DNA from: Callorhinchus milii
Lineage: Eukaryota
Direction: 5' to 3'
DNA: 64,000 bases
Assembly (NCBI RefSeq): GCF_018977255.1
Contig: NW_024704742.1
Span: 71,922,001 to 71,986,000 of the forward strand
The position numbers and the translations under genes are program-made. Positions 13,401 through 25,584 of the stretch are shown in pieces; position 1 is the stretch's first letter, and each line of letters opens with the position of its first letter. The notes under the pieces were generated by a model, which saw only the letters and a program-made list of their open reading frames with translations, ran no database searches and was not told the DNA's origin.

Positions 13401-14245
13401 CATTGTTGGAGACGCCGTCCTTCCAATGAGACATTAAACCTCACTCCCTGTCTGTGCCTTTTCAGGCGGACATTAAAGATCCCGCGGCACTGCTGGAAAC
13501 GAGAAGGGAGTTTCTCTCTCTTGGTGTCTAGGTCAACAATCCTTGGTGGAGTCCTGTAGCTTAGTGGTTAGAGCACTTGCCTCGCAAGCGAGAGACCTGG
13601 GTTTGATTCCCGGCACTGCGAAACCTTGGGTACGTTCTCTATATCCACACGCCTGATAATAATTCTTCAAGAAAAAAACAATAATAAATTGGTTATTTCA
13701 ATCCACGACTGTTTGTGGGACGCTGCTGTGCGCTATTGGCTGCTGCGTTTCGCCCACAAAATATACAGTCAATTCACTTTACAGTATATTCTGTGAAGCG
13801 CTTTGAGACGTCTCGAAGGTGTGAAAAGCGCTATATAAAAATGCAAGGATTATTATAATTCCCCCAGATATAATCAGTCACGCGCTGCATGGCTGTTTGT
13901 GGGACATTGCTATACACAAATTGACTGCCGCGTTCGCTTACAAAACAGTCACTGCACTTTACAGTGAATCCTGTGAAGTGTTTTGGAATATTTTGAAGTC
14001 ATGATATGACCCTGTGGATTATTATTATTTTTGTGTAGCCCCCCCACCCTCCCCACAATCTATAATCAGCATCATACAGGACCCATCTTAGCCTGTGGGG
14101 TGGGGGGAGAGAGGGAGGGGGGAGGGAGACCTGATTGGGGGAGTCGGCAGAGCCGGGGTGGGGGGAGCAGAAGGAATCGGGGGCTTGGACACGAATGGCC
14201 CCCACTGTCCTCTCTTTTCTCTTAATGTGATTGGACGATGTCAGA

Positions 14246-16222
14246 CCCCACCCAACCACAGCCCCCACCCAGCCACAGCCCCCACCCAACCACAGCCCCC
14301 ACCCAACCACAGCCCAGCCCCCACCCAGCCACGGCCCCCACCCAGCCACAGCCCAGCCCCCACCCAACCACAGCCCCCACCCAACCACAGCCCCCACCCA
14401 GCCACAGCCCCCACCCAACCACAGCCCCCACCCAACCACAGCCACAGCCCCCACCCAACCACGGCCCCCACCCAACCCAGCCCCCACCCACCACAGCCCC
14501 CACCCAACCACAGCCCCCACCCAACCACAGCCCCACCCAACCACAGCCCCCACCCAACCACAGCCCCCACCCAACCACAGCCCCCACCCAACCACAGCCC
14601 CACCCAACCACGCCCCACCCAGCCACGGCCCCCACCCAGCCACGGCCCCCACCCAGCCACAGCCCCCACCCAGCCACAGCCCAGCCCCCACCCAACCACA
14701 GCCCCCACCCAGCCACAGCCCAGCCCCCACCCAACCACAGCCCCCACCCAGCCACGGCCCAGCCCCCACCCAACCACAGCCCCCAGCCACGGCCCAGCCC
14801 CCACCCAGCCACAGCCCCCACCCAGCCACAGCCCCCACCCAACCACAGCCCCCACCCAACCACAGCCCCCACCCAACCACAGCCCCCACCCAACCACAGC
14901 CCCACCCAGCCACAGCCCAGCCCCCACCCAACCACAGCCCCCACCCAGCCACAGCCCCCACCCAACCACGGCCCCCAGCCACGGCCCAGCCCCCACCCAA
15001 CCACAGCCCCCAGCCACGGCCCAGCCCCCACCCAGCCACAGCCCCCACCCAACCACAGCCCCCACCCAACCACAGCCCCCACCCAACCACAGCCCGGCCC
15101 CCACCCAACCACGGCCCAGCCCCCACCCAACCACAGCCCCCACCCAGCCACGGCCCAGCCCCCACCCAGCCACAGCCCCCACCCAACCACATCCCCCACC
15201 CAACCACAGCCCAGCCCCCACCCAGCCACGGCCCCCACCCAGCCACGGCCCCCACCCAACCACGGCCCCCACCCAACCACAGCCCAGCCCCCACCCAACC
15301 CCAGCCCCCACCCAACCCCAGCCCCCACCCAACCGCAGCCCCCACCCAACCACAGCCCCCACCCAACCACAGCCCCCACCCAACCACGGCCCCCACCCAG
15401 CCACAGCCCAGCCCCCACCCAACCACAGCCCAGCCCCCACCCAACCACAGCCCCCACCCAGCCACGGCCCCCACCCAACCACAGCCCCCACCCAGCCACG
15501 GCCCAGCCCCCACCCAACCACAGCCCCCACCCAGCCACGGCCCAGCCCCCACCCAACCACAGCCCCCACCCAACCACGGCCCCCACCCAACCACAGCCCC
15601 CACCCAGCCACGGCCCAGCCCCCACCCAACCACAGCCCCCACCCAGCCACGGCCCAGCCCCCACCCAGCCACAGCCCCCACCCAACCACAGCCCCCACCC
15701 AGCCACGGCCCAGCCCCCACCCAGCCACAGCCCCCACCCAACCACGCCCCCACCCAACCACAGCCCAGCCCCCACCCAACCACAGCCCAGCCCCCACCCA
15801 GCCACAGCCCAGCCACAGCCAGCCCCCACCCAACCACAGCCCCCACCCAACCACAGCCCAGCCCCCACCCAACCACGCCCAGCCCCCACCCAGCTACAGC
15901 CCCCACCCAGCCACGGCCCAGCCCCCAACCAGCCACAGCCCAGCCCCCACCCAACCACAGCCCCCACCCAGCCACTGCCCAGCCCCCACCCAACCACGGC
16001 CCAGCCCCCACCCAACCACAGCCCAGCCCCCACCCAGTCACGGCCCAGCCCCCACCCAACCACAGCCCAGCCCCCACCCAACCACAGCCCAGCCCCACCC
16101 AACCACAGCCCCCACCCAACCACAGCCCCCACCCAACCACGGCCCAGCCCCCACCCAACCACGGCCCAGCCCCCACCCAACCACAGCCCCCACCCAACCA
16201 CGGCCCAGCCCCCACCCAACCA
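14246..16222. repeat. About 2-kb C-rich minisatellite, 17/22-bp units
   Basis: CCCCCACCCA(A/G)CCAC(A/G)G with an optional CCCAG insert, roughly 100 units. Confidence 0.97.
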
Positions 16223-16807
16223 TACCATAGAGAGTGTGTGACTTAGAAAGTGGTAGAGTGTGATTTGGGGACATCCTCCCGACATCAAAAGCATCAAAAA
16301 CATGTCATTTGTTGTTGCTGTTGTGACAGAGAGTGTGTGACAGAGGGACAGTATGACAGAGAGTGTGAGAGAGTGACAGAGGAGAGTGACAGAGAGAGGC
16401 GTAACAAACACAGAAGGAAGGGGAGAATGAGGCAGAGAGACAGAGATGTGGAGACAGAGCGTTGGAGCTGCTGTGTGGATGACGGCTGTGTTAAGCCACT
16501 CTCTCTGCCGATAGCCACATCTTCCCTTTTATTTGCTGATCAAATCCATGAGTTATTTCATCAGATACAGACCGGAGGTCACAAATAGTAACAGTGATTA
16601 CCCTCTGTGTGACCAGGACGCTCACCCTACAACTCCCTCTCCCTATCCTTATCTGGACACACCGATGCTCACCCCCCACCAGTCATCACCAGTTATTAAT
16701 AAGTGACCAGCTCTGAAGACAGACAGAAGTGTTTACCAACCGAATCTGCTGCCTCTAGTTAAACCTGTCAATAAGTAATTGGCTGAGCTGAGGGATAAAC
16801 CGATGTT

Positions 16808-17165
16808 TATAATAATAATCCTTGCATTTGATAGAGTGCCTTATCACATCTCAAAGCGTTTCACAGAATATACTGTAAAGTGGATTGACTGTATATTTTG
16901 TGGGCAGCCAATTGTGTACAGCAATGTCTCACAAACAGCCATGGATTGAGTGACCAAAGTATTATTATTATTTTTTTGGAAGGAATTATTGCACCCAGAA
17001 AAGCGATCCGCCAATCGACTAACAACCGGGTTCCTACTTACTGCCAGGTAAACAGAGGCGTGTGGAGTAAGGAAACTTGTCCAACGTTTCACCCTGCTGG
17101 GAATCAAACCCAGGTCTCTCGCTTGCAAGGCGAGTGCTCTAACCACTGAGCTACAGGACTCCACA
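16808..17165 (-). mobile_element. SINE family A, full-length
   Basis: Reverse complement begins GTGGAGTCCTGTAGCTCAGTGGTTAGAGCACTCGCCTTGCAAGCGAG and ends in (ATT)n. Confidence 0.88.
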
Positions 17166-18334
17166 CCATATGAGCAGATAATCCACACACCTTCCCCAAT
17201 GAGGGGAGGGATGGGGGTGTCAGACACAAACAGCAACCACTTGCATTTACACAGCGCTCGTCACTCAGGATAGAGTCTCGGAGCACTGCACAGAGGCGGT
17301 TGGATGCTGAGCGAGGGGGAGGTGCTGCCTCCCAGACAGTCTGCGTGTGCGAGACACCCTCACACAGACTGGCACAGGAACACCGCTCCTCGGTTTGACC
17401 CAGGGAGTCCTTCTCTCCTGGTTTGTGGTCCTGTGGCCCCCTCTGGTGGTGGTACGTGACACTACATTCTCCCAGAAATTAGCAGGTCTTCCCTGAGAGC
17501 AGGTGGTTCTTTAAATTAATAATAACAATCCTTGCGTTTGACACTAATAATCCTTGCAGTAGCACTTTATCGCATCGTTCAGACGTCTCAAAGTGCTTTG
17601 CACAGATTCAATCCACTTCATTGATTAAATGCAAGGATTATAATTATTATTATACCAGAACTCTGCAGCTCGTGTCCTCTCCCGCACCAGGCTTTGTGAC
17701 CCCATCACCCCTACCCTCGCCCGGCTCCACTGGCTCCCAATCTCTCAGAGAATAGAATTCAAAATCCCTCACTTTCAAGGCCATCTACGGCCTTGCCCCC
17801 TCCTACATCTCTAACCTGCTGGCCCCCTATCAACCTGTCCGCTCCCTCCACTCAGCAGCATACTTTAAGACATTTTGGTGATGTGAAATCAAATGCCAAG
17901 ATTATTATTATTATTACACTTGCTTACTCCACATCCCCTACCCTGCCTGGCCACCATTGGTGGTTGGGCCTTCAGTCTCTTTGGAACTCCATCCCACATT
18001 CCCTTTGCCTCACTCGCTCCCTTGCTTCCTTCAAGGCCCATCTCAAGACCTTTCTTTTCGACCATGCCTTTGGTCACTCTCCTACCCCAACCCTCCCTGC
18101 CCTTCACCCTCCTGATCCCAACCCCCAACTTGGGTACGTATCCTTGACTGTCCAGTACCTTAGGACATCCTCCAGTCGTGAAAGGTGCTATAAACATGGA
18201 GTTTATTGTTGTTATCCTCTGGTCTGGGATGTCAGACACCACACCCAGACTTTGCCTGTGAACTCATTCGTGGCAGGTTAAAACAATATTTGGATGAGGG
18301 CGTGAGGGGTGGGAATGAGTCAAACTGCACCATT

Positions 18335-19372
18335 TACCTGCACAAACTGGGAACAGTGTCCTCTGCCTCCTCATCCTCCTGATCTCTCCGCAGCGTTCGA
18401 CCCAGTCGACCACGCAATCCTTCTCCACCACCTCTCCTCCCTCACCCACCTCTGGTTCAAGTCCAGCATAACAAAATACCTTCACTTTATCTCCTCAAAT
18501 AGTACCTCCTCCCACATCCGCCTGGTCATCTGTGGTGTACCCCAGGGCTCCATCTTCGGCCCCCTCCTCTTCCTTATCTATATGCTCCCTCTTGGCAATG
18601 TCATCCACAGATATTGGGTAAACTTTCACGTGTGTGAATGACACATAAATATACTTATCCTCCAACTGCGAACTCCAGGTCCGTCGATGTTCTCTTGGCT
18701 TGTTGGTGGACATCAGGGCCTGGATGAGTGAAAATTTCCTACAACTCAATGATGAAAAGACGGAAGACATACTCATTGGCTACCATCAACATCTTCCATC
18801 CTGTAGATCTGACCTCCTCAACCTCCCCGGCCTATCCCTCAGACTTACTGAACCGGTGCGCAACCTGGCATCAGGTTCGACCCACAGCTGTCCTTCCTTC
18901 CCCACATCCCTGACCAGGACATCTTCCTCCACTTCCGCCACATTGCCCACCTCCAACCATACCTCCAGAGGCAGCCAAAACTCTCATCCATGCATCCAAA
19001 TGGATATATCCAAAATTGACTTCTCAAATGCCCTCTTTGCCGACCTCCCCAGCTCCACCATGTACAGGATCTGCATACTCACCCGTACTAAACCCACAAC
19101 CAGCTGCTGCCACTCAACTGTCTCTGGCCTTCTGCTTGTCCCTCGTGCCCTCTGTTCCACGACTGGTGGCTGCGCTTTCAGCCACTTCGCCCTGAAATTC
19201 TGGAACTCACTTCCTCTATCCCTCCACCTTGCCCCTTTGAAGACCTTCCTATTCGACCGTGGCTACGGTCACCTCCGCCTCCTCCTGGCTCTGCGTCGTG
19301 TTCCTCCACTCTCAAGTGCTCTGGGACACCACCTTGCGTGAGGGGTGCTATATAAATACAAGTTGTTGTTGT
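18335..19372 (+). mobile_element. Degenerate L2 LINE RT fragment
   Basis: DLSAAFD, GVPQGSIFGPLLF, ENFLQLNDEKTE, FWNSLP spread over frameshifted ORFs; ends GCTATATAAATACAA(GTT)n. Confidence 0.9.
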
Positions 19373-20332
19373 TTAAACGGAGATCTCAGAACTGACTCAG
19401 GCTGTAGAGTTTCAATCCTCCACCAAGGGGCGCTGTTACATCACAATCCACTGGACTGTGTCTCACACTCATAATAAATAATAATAATCATTGCATTTGA
19501 TATAACGCTTTTCACATCTTCTAGACGGTTCAAAGCACTCCATAGAATATACTGTAAAATGAATTGACTATATATTTTGTGGGTGAATCACGGCAGCCAA
19601 TTGCACACAGCAGTGTCCCACAAACAGTTGCGGATTGAAATGACCAAATTATTGTTGTTTTTTTTCTTGAGGGATTATCATCAGGTGTGTGGAGTAAGGA
19701 AACTTGCCTAAGGTTTCGCCCTACTGGGAATCAAATCCAGGTCTCTCGCTTGCGAGGCGAGTGCTCTAACCACTGAGCTACAGGAATCCTGACCAAGGAC
19801 TCCTGAGACTCCTGCCATTCATCTCTGAGGCAGGAGGTTGTGGGTTTGAGCACCACGTCAGGGACGAGACTTAAAACATTTTCCAGACTAAGGTTACTAT
19901 AGATGTTTGTTAGGTCAGGGTATCAGGTGATATGGAGCATATATAAGATTAGGCCAGTAATTTTAGCTGAGGTGCAGATCAGCCAAGATCTAATAGAATG
20001 GCGGAACAGGCTTGAGGGGTTGAATGGCCAACTCCTGTCCTATATTCCTGTGACTCAGAGCTCATATTCCAGGCTTATGCTCCAGCACAACGCTAGGGGA
20101 GCGTTGTATTGTCAGAGACACTGTCCTTTGGAAGAGACGTTAAACCGAGCTCCTGTCTGTGCCCTGTTCAGGTGGATGTTAAAGACCCTGCAGCGCTGTT
20201 GGAAAAGGGAAGGGAGTTTCTCTCTCCCGGTGTCCTGGCCAACAATTCCCAGATAAATTGCTTGTTCACCTTTCAGCTGTTTCTGGAATCTCATTGGCCT
20301 CCAGAAAATCATTTACCCCTGATATTTCAGCA

Positions 20333-20892
20333 GCCGGGTGTTTGACACCTGCAGGGACCCATCACTGTGATTAATAGTATCCAAATCAAACCAAGAATTC
20401 CATGTTTGCCACCTACACATGGAAATTCCCCATGTCTGGAATGGAATGCACACTCTCTCCCTGGAGGGACACATCCTGGTTACCTAATTCTGGAGAGTAT
20501 TAGGCGCAGGTTGGCAAGAGCCAAGGCTTAGGGACCCAAGAGTGTGTGTTGGGGTAACTGCTGGAGTCTAACCAGCTAAAACCACATAGCTTGTCATTGA
20601 TAGCACTGTCTGGCAAGCATTCCCGCTGCTTGTCCAGCTGGGACCACCCTACCCGTGAGGGCTTTGGTTTTCAGGGTTAACAGGAGCTGAGTGGGAGGAT
20701 TCCCTGTCCCCAGTGACTGGTCTGCCCTTCCAGGTCCTGGTGATGAGCCAGGCTGGGCTGTGCTGCCATCAGCAGTGCCCTGGAACACTGCGGACCCACT
20801 TGGCTCAGGATCCCGACTAGAGACCGTCACAGAGGGTGGACTCGATTCAGATATTCCATTGCCAAACATGTCACCTTGGAGCCAGTTCAGAT
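20333..20892 (-). repeat. Unclassified interspersed repeat family C
   Basis: High similarity to 11375-11760, 29315-29652, 43580-44150 and 58990-59120, and in opposite orientation to 7385-7480 plus 7810-7980, 33100-33690 and 52587-52905. Strand is inferred from the shared terminus. Confidence 0.85.
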
Positions 20893-22787
20893 TCTAGGAT
20901 CCCCCCCAATAAGGACAACAACAACAACAAGATTCCATTTATAGAGCGCCTTTCACGTCAGGAGGACGTCCCAAGGACAGAGGAAACAGGAAGAGGCAAG
21001 AGCTGAGACAGTGGGTGTGAAAGTGATCCATGAGAGGTTGCTATGGCTACTGTCCTAACTTTGGTCTCAGTCACAGGTGGAAACATCAGAGGCTGATCAG
21101 CATTGAGTAAGAGAGAGAAACTCCCTTCCCTTTTGAATAGCGCCGTGGGATATTTATTACCAACAGACAGGGAGATGGGTTTAACATTTCATCTGAAGGA
21201 CAACGTCTCTGACAATGCAGTGCTCTCTTCCCCCCCACACCCCCCACCCCACACTGCACTGGAGCATCAGCCTGGACCATGAACTCACCGCCACAATGTA
21301 ATGCTCAAACACACAACCTTCTCAGGTTGGCAAGTGCAAGCAACTAAGCTGGGCTGACACCCATTCAGAGCTCAGCTCCTTCAGATGAGATGTTAAACTA
21401 TCTGTGCTGTTCAGGTGGATGTTAAAGATCCCGCAGCGCTGTTGGAAAAGAGAAGGGAGTTTCTCTCTCCCGATGTCCTGGCCGACATTCCACCCAGATA
21501 CAATCGGTCACTCACTTCCCGGCTATTTGCGGGGCATTGCTGTGCTGGCTGCGACATTCATCCACAAACACACAGTCGCTACACTTTACAGTGAATCCTG
21601 TGAAGCAGATTATTTTGATGGTAAAGGATCTAATTAGGTTTTATTGCGGCAGGAAACACCCTCGGACACCCAGGCAGCAGCCAGGCTGTGTGTGGGCCGG
21701 GGTGGGGGCACACAGCCAGCCAACAACTCAACACTGAGAGCTCGGTGAGGCTCAGAGAGAAAGAGAGAGAGATATGGAGACTATGAGAGAAGAGAAACAG
21801 ATATACACGGAGAATGAGAGAGAGTAAGTGAGAGAGAGGGCAGAGAGAGGGGGAGAGAGAGAGAGAGGGTGAAATCATTCACAGTGAATCCAGTGAGCCG
21901 GCGCTGATTCAGATGCAGACTATTATTATTATTATAATTACTGACATCCGTGTTTAGGTACCCGGTGTTTCTGGAGTCTATAAAATCACACACTCTCATA
22001 CTCTCTCACATCCCCTTTCTCTCACACACTCTCTCAACCTATTTTCTCTCTCTCTCTCAAACACACACAAATTCTCTCTCACACACTCTCACTCACTCCC
22101 CTCTCCCTCCCTCTCTCACACACTCTCTCTCAGGTGCTGGTATCGAGGCTTCCCCTCTAGGTGTGAGGGGCAGCTATCAGCCAAGGCGTCGGGTGAATGA
22201 AGCAATAATGACTTTCTCGGCTCCCTGCAGGCTGTGCTTTTATACTGAGGAGACACCAGCCCAGCCACAGTCACTACACTACACAGTCACTACCCCACAG
22301 AATCACTACGTAATACAATCACTGTCACTGTCAGTGTGTCGCTGTCTGGCTCGCACCTCCTGCTTGTCCCTTGTCCCTTCCGCTTCACCATCAGCAGCAG
22401 CGCTTTAAGCCACTATGCCCCAAAGCTTTGGAACTCTCTCCCCCAATCCCTTCGCCTTGCCCCCCCCCCCCCCCGCCCTGTGCGTCAGTATTTTTCAGTG
22501 TGTCAGTGTGTTTCTATCGGTGTGTGTCTCTGTCAGTGTGTGCAGTGTTTGTCAGTGTGTCAGTGTGTCTCTGTCAGTGTGTGTCAGTATTTTTCAGTGT
22601 GTCAGTGTGTGTCAGTGTGTGTCTCTGAATGCCGCAGCTGATTTATGCACATTTTCTGTTAAAATCAGGTGGGGACTAATAATATAATAAAAATAATAAT
22701 CCTTGCAATTGATATAGTGCCTTATCACAACCTGAAATGTCTCAAAGTGCTTCACAGGATATACTGCAAAGTGAATTGACTGTATTA

Positions 22788-23780
22788 CATAAGAACACAA
22801 GAACATAAGAAATACTAGACAAGAAAAGACCAAGGTCCATCTAGTTCACTTTCCACCTTCCTGGTGGTCACATGCACATATATCTCAAACTATGTACTAT
22901 ACCCCATAATGTTATTTCCTAAAAGAAAACTATCTAATCTGTGTATGAAGGAATCAACTCTTTCTGCTTCAACCATCTCCCCAGGGAGCCTGTTCCACAG
23001 GTTCACTATTTGCTCACTGAAATAGTGTTTGCAGATTTGTTCTGAATTTACCCCACTTCAATCGCAGGCCCTGTTCTCTGGTTTTACTATTCTGGACAAG
23101 TTGAAACAGCCTGTCATGATCTATACTTTAGAATCTTAAAGACAGCAATCATGTCACCTCTCAATCTTCTCCTTTCCAGCGTGAACATGCCCAATTTACT
23201 TAGTCGCTCCTCATAGTCCAGTCCTTCCATTCCCTTGATAATTTTGGTGGCCCTCCTCTGTATCTTCTTGATTTCTCCAATACCCTTTTTGTACTGCGGT
23301 GATCAGAACTGTACACAGTACTTTTAAGTATGGTCTCACCAATGATTTATACAGTGTCAGGATTACCCCACTATTTCAGCTTGCTACTTGCTATTGATCT
23401 TTTGATACATCCCAGCATATGGTTTGCTTTACTCACTAACACAGAGCATTGCTTGGAGAGCTTCAATTTATTGTCAATCAAGACCCCCAGGTCCTTTTCA
23501 TTTTCCATACATATTATTTTACTTGCAGGATTTTTTGTCCCCATGTGAAGCATTTTACATTTCTCCACATTGAATTTCATCTGCCACCGATCTGCCCAAT
23601 TCCCAAGTATGTTCAAATCCTCCTGTGAACTATCTTGTTCAGCTTCGCAATCTACCATCTTCATTTAGCTTGGTGTCATCTGCAAACTTAGCCACTATGC
23701 TTGCGACTTCTAGTTCCAAATTATTTATGAAAGTATTAAACAAAAAAGCTCCCAAAACAGACCCACTGGTAACAGAGCCG
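22788..23780 (-). mobile_element. CR1-clade LINE 3' fragment
   Basis: AKFADDTKL (about 23668-23694), QEDLNILGNWADRWQMKFNVEKCKMLHMG, EKDLGVLID, KANHMLGCIKRSI; 3' end TTCTTATGTTCTTGTGTTCTT. Confidence 0.92.
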
Positions 23781-24760
23781 AGCAAAACTCCATTCTTCTG
23801 CTGCTATTTAGCCAGGGCGGGAAAGAGAAAGAGGGAGAAAGAGAGAGCAAAAGGGAGAGCGAAAAGGATGAAGTCTCGTACGAGTGTAATTGTTTGAATT
23901 CTTGTTGAATCGAAATAATAAGAATCATTGCAATTGATATCAGCCTTTCATGTTGGGAGAACATCTCAAAGCGATTCCGAGGATTCAGTGTAAAGTGTAT
24001 GTTGTGAGCGAATCTTACTTTTACTGGTTTTGTGATATCAGCCGGGCTCAGTCAGTAACGCTCTCGCCTCAGTCAAGGTTCCGCGCTTCAAACAAAAAGT
24101 TAAGCTTCAGGTCCCATCCCTGCCTGTTCAGGTGGACGTTAAAGATCCCGCTGAGCCATGTGGAAAGAGAAGGGAGTTTTCTGCCCCAGTGTCCTGGCTG
24201 ACAATCCCCCAGATAAAATCGCTTGATGGCTGTTTGCTGTACGCCGCTGTGCATAAAATGGCTGTTGTGTTCACCTACGAAACACACAGTCACTACACTT
24301 TACAGTAAATCCTGACAGAGACTTTGAGACATCCTTGCGATATGAAAGACCCATATCAAATACAATCATTTTTATTATTTCTATTTAACAGGAATTAACA
24401 AGAATTCAATTAGTTACACTTGGAACATGACTTTCTCCCTGTGTTTTTCTCTCCCTTTTTCTGACTCTCTTTACTCACTTTCTCTCCCTCTTTCTCCCTC
24501 TTTTTCTCTTTCTCTCTCTCCCCCCCCGTGAAAGCGCATAACGCATCAGAAGAGAAAGGGTTTACAGATCTCAGTGTAAAGAGAATGTCACACTCCCCAC
24601 TTTATGGACACGGTGAGTTTGTAACCTGACCACACCAGTGTGTCAGCAGTCAATCAATTCAAGCCACAGAGATTGTGTGAGCAGCCACCCTCTCACATCT
24701 GTGCTCATCACAACAAGAGCTCCCTGGGGGGCCTTCACACATCAAGGGCCGGGGATTGTG

Positions 24761-24766
24761 TATAAA
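24761..24766 (+). promoter_or_regulatory. Candidate TATA box of noto
   Basis: TATAAA in a repeat-free segment (24530-24850) about 480 nt upstream of the ATG. The transcription start cannot be verified from sequence. Confidence 0.4.
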
Positions 24767-25054
24767 GGAGGGGACCTGGGATGAGTCCACAGACTTTGGG
24801 AGCTGTGAAGTTCAGTAGCATAGCTTGTCAGCTTTGGTTTTATCCTGTAACAGTAGCTGTCTAGAACAGAGTTTAGTTGAGCTAAATTGGGTTGCGTTAA
24901 ATTGATTTGGAGCACTTCACAGGATTCACCTTAAAGTGTAGTGACTGTGTGTTCTGAAAGGTACTTGGAGGAGATTGCCAGCCAAACCATCCTCTCCAGG
25001 TGGGTGGGGGGTGCTTACAAACACAGTCATTATTTTCCGGTGAATAGGGGTTTG

Positions 25055-25208
25055 GGTGAGTTAAGTTGGGCTGTGTTGAGGAGTTGAGGTTAAGTTGGAT
25101 TGACTTGTTGAGTTAGGAGTTGGGCTGGGTTAAGGAGTTAAGTTGGGTTGAGTTGAGGTGTTAAGTGAGGAGTTAGTTTGGTTGAGATAAATTGGGTTGA
25201 GTTGGGTG
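25055..25208. repeat. Degenerate pentanucleotide repeat (GTTGA/GTTGG/GTTAA) just upstream of the noto ATG
   Basis: 5-nt periodicity is directly visible; a shorter stretch lies at 24870-24910. Confidence 0.75.
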
Positions 25209-25244
25209 TATTTTGACATTCCTTTCACTCCCTCATTGTAAACC

Positions 25245-25584
25245 ATGCAGGTCCCAGCTCCTAGCCTAGGGCACTTGGGCTCCCACCCATCCTTTCCCTG
25301 CCCTCCCCTCTGCCTGGGCTGTCCTCCACACACACTGCCCTCCAAACCCACCAGCCGCAAGTCCTTCAGCATCGACTCCCTGCTCTCCAGCTCCCAGACA
25401 GAGCCCTGCCGGGTGGGGAAGTGTCTGGCTCTCAGCCCCTCACTACCCACCCTGGCTTTCAGCACGGCCACTACGCAGTCTCTCTACCCGGACTTAGTGT
25501 CTCCTCACCAGGGCTATCCTGTGTACCTGGGACCACCGTTCATCTACCACCAAACTACCTGCCGCTCTGGGCTCTGCACATCAG
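25245..25584 (+). CDS. noto: noto exon 1 (MQVP... with eh1 motif)
   Basis: ATG at 25245; donor TCAG|GTAAGA at 25584/25585; 340 nt, phase 1. Confidence 0.85.

Noticed and set aside
13999..16411. 540-740 aa Pro/Thr/His-rich and Gly/Trp-rich ORFs
   Set aside because: Translations of the 17/22-bp minisatellite; open in every frame.
20736..20780. Hammerhead ribozyme in family C (TGATGAG)
   Set aside because: No CTGATGA core with a correctly placed GAAA and stems could be built.
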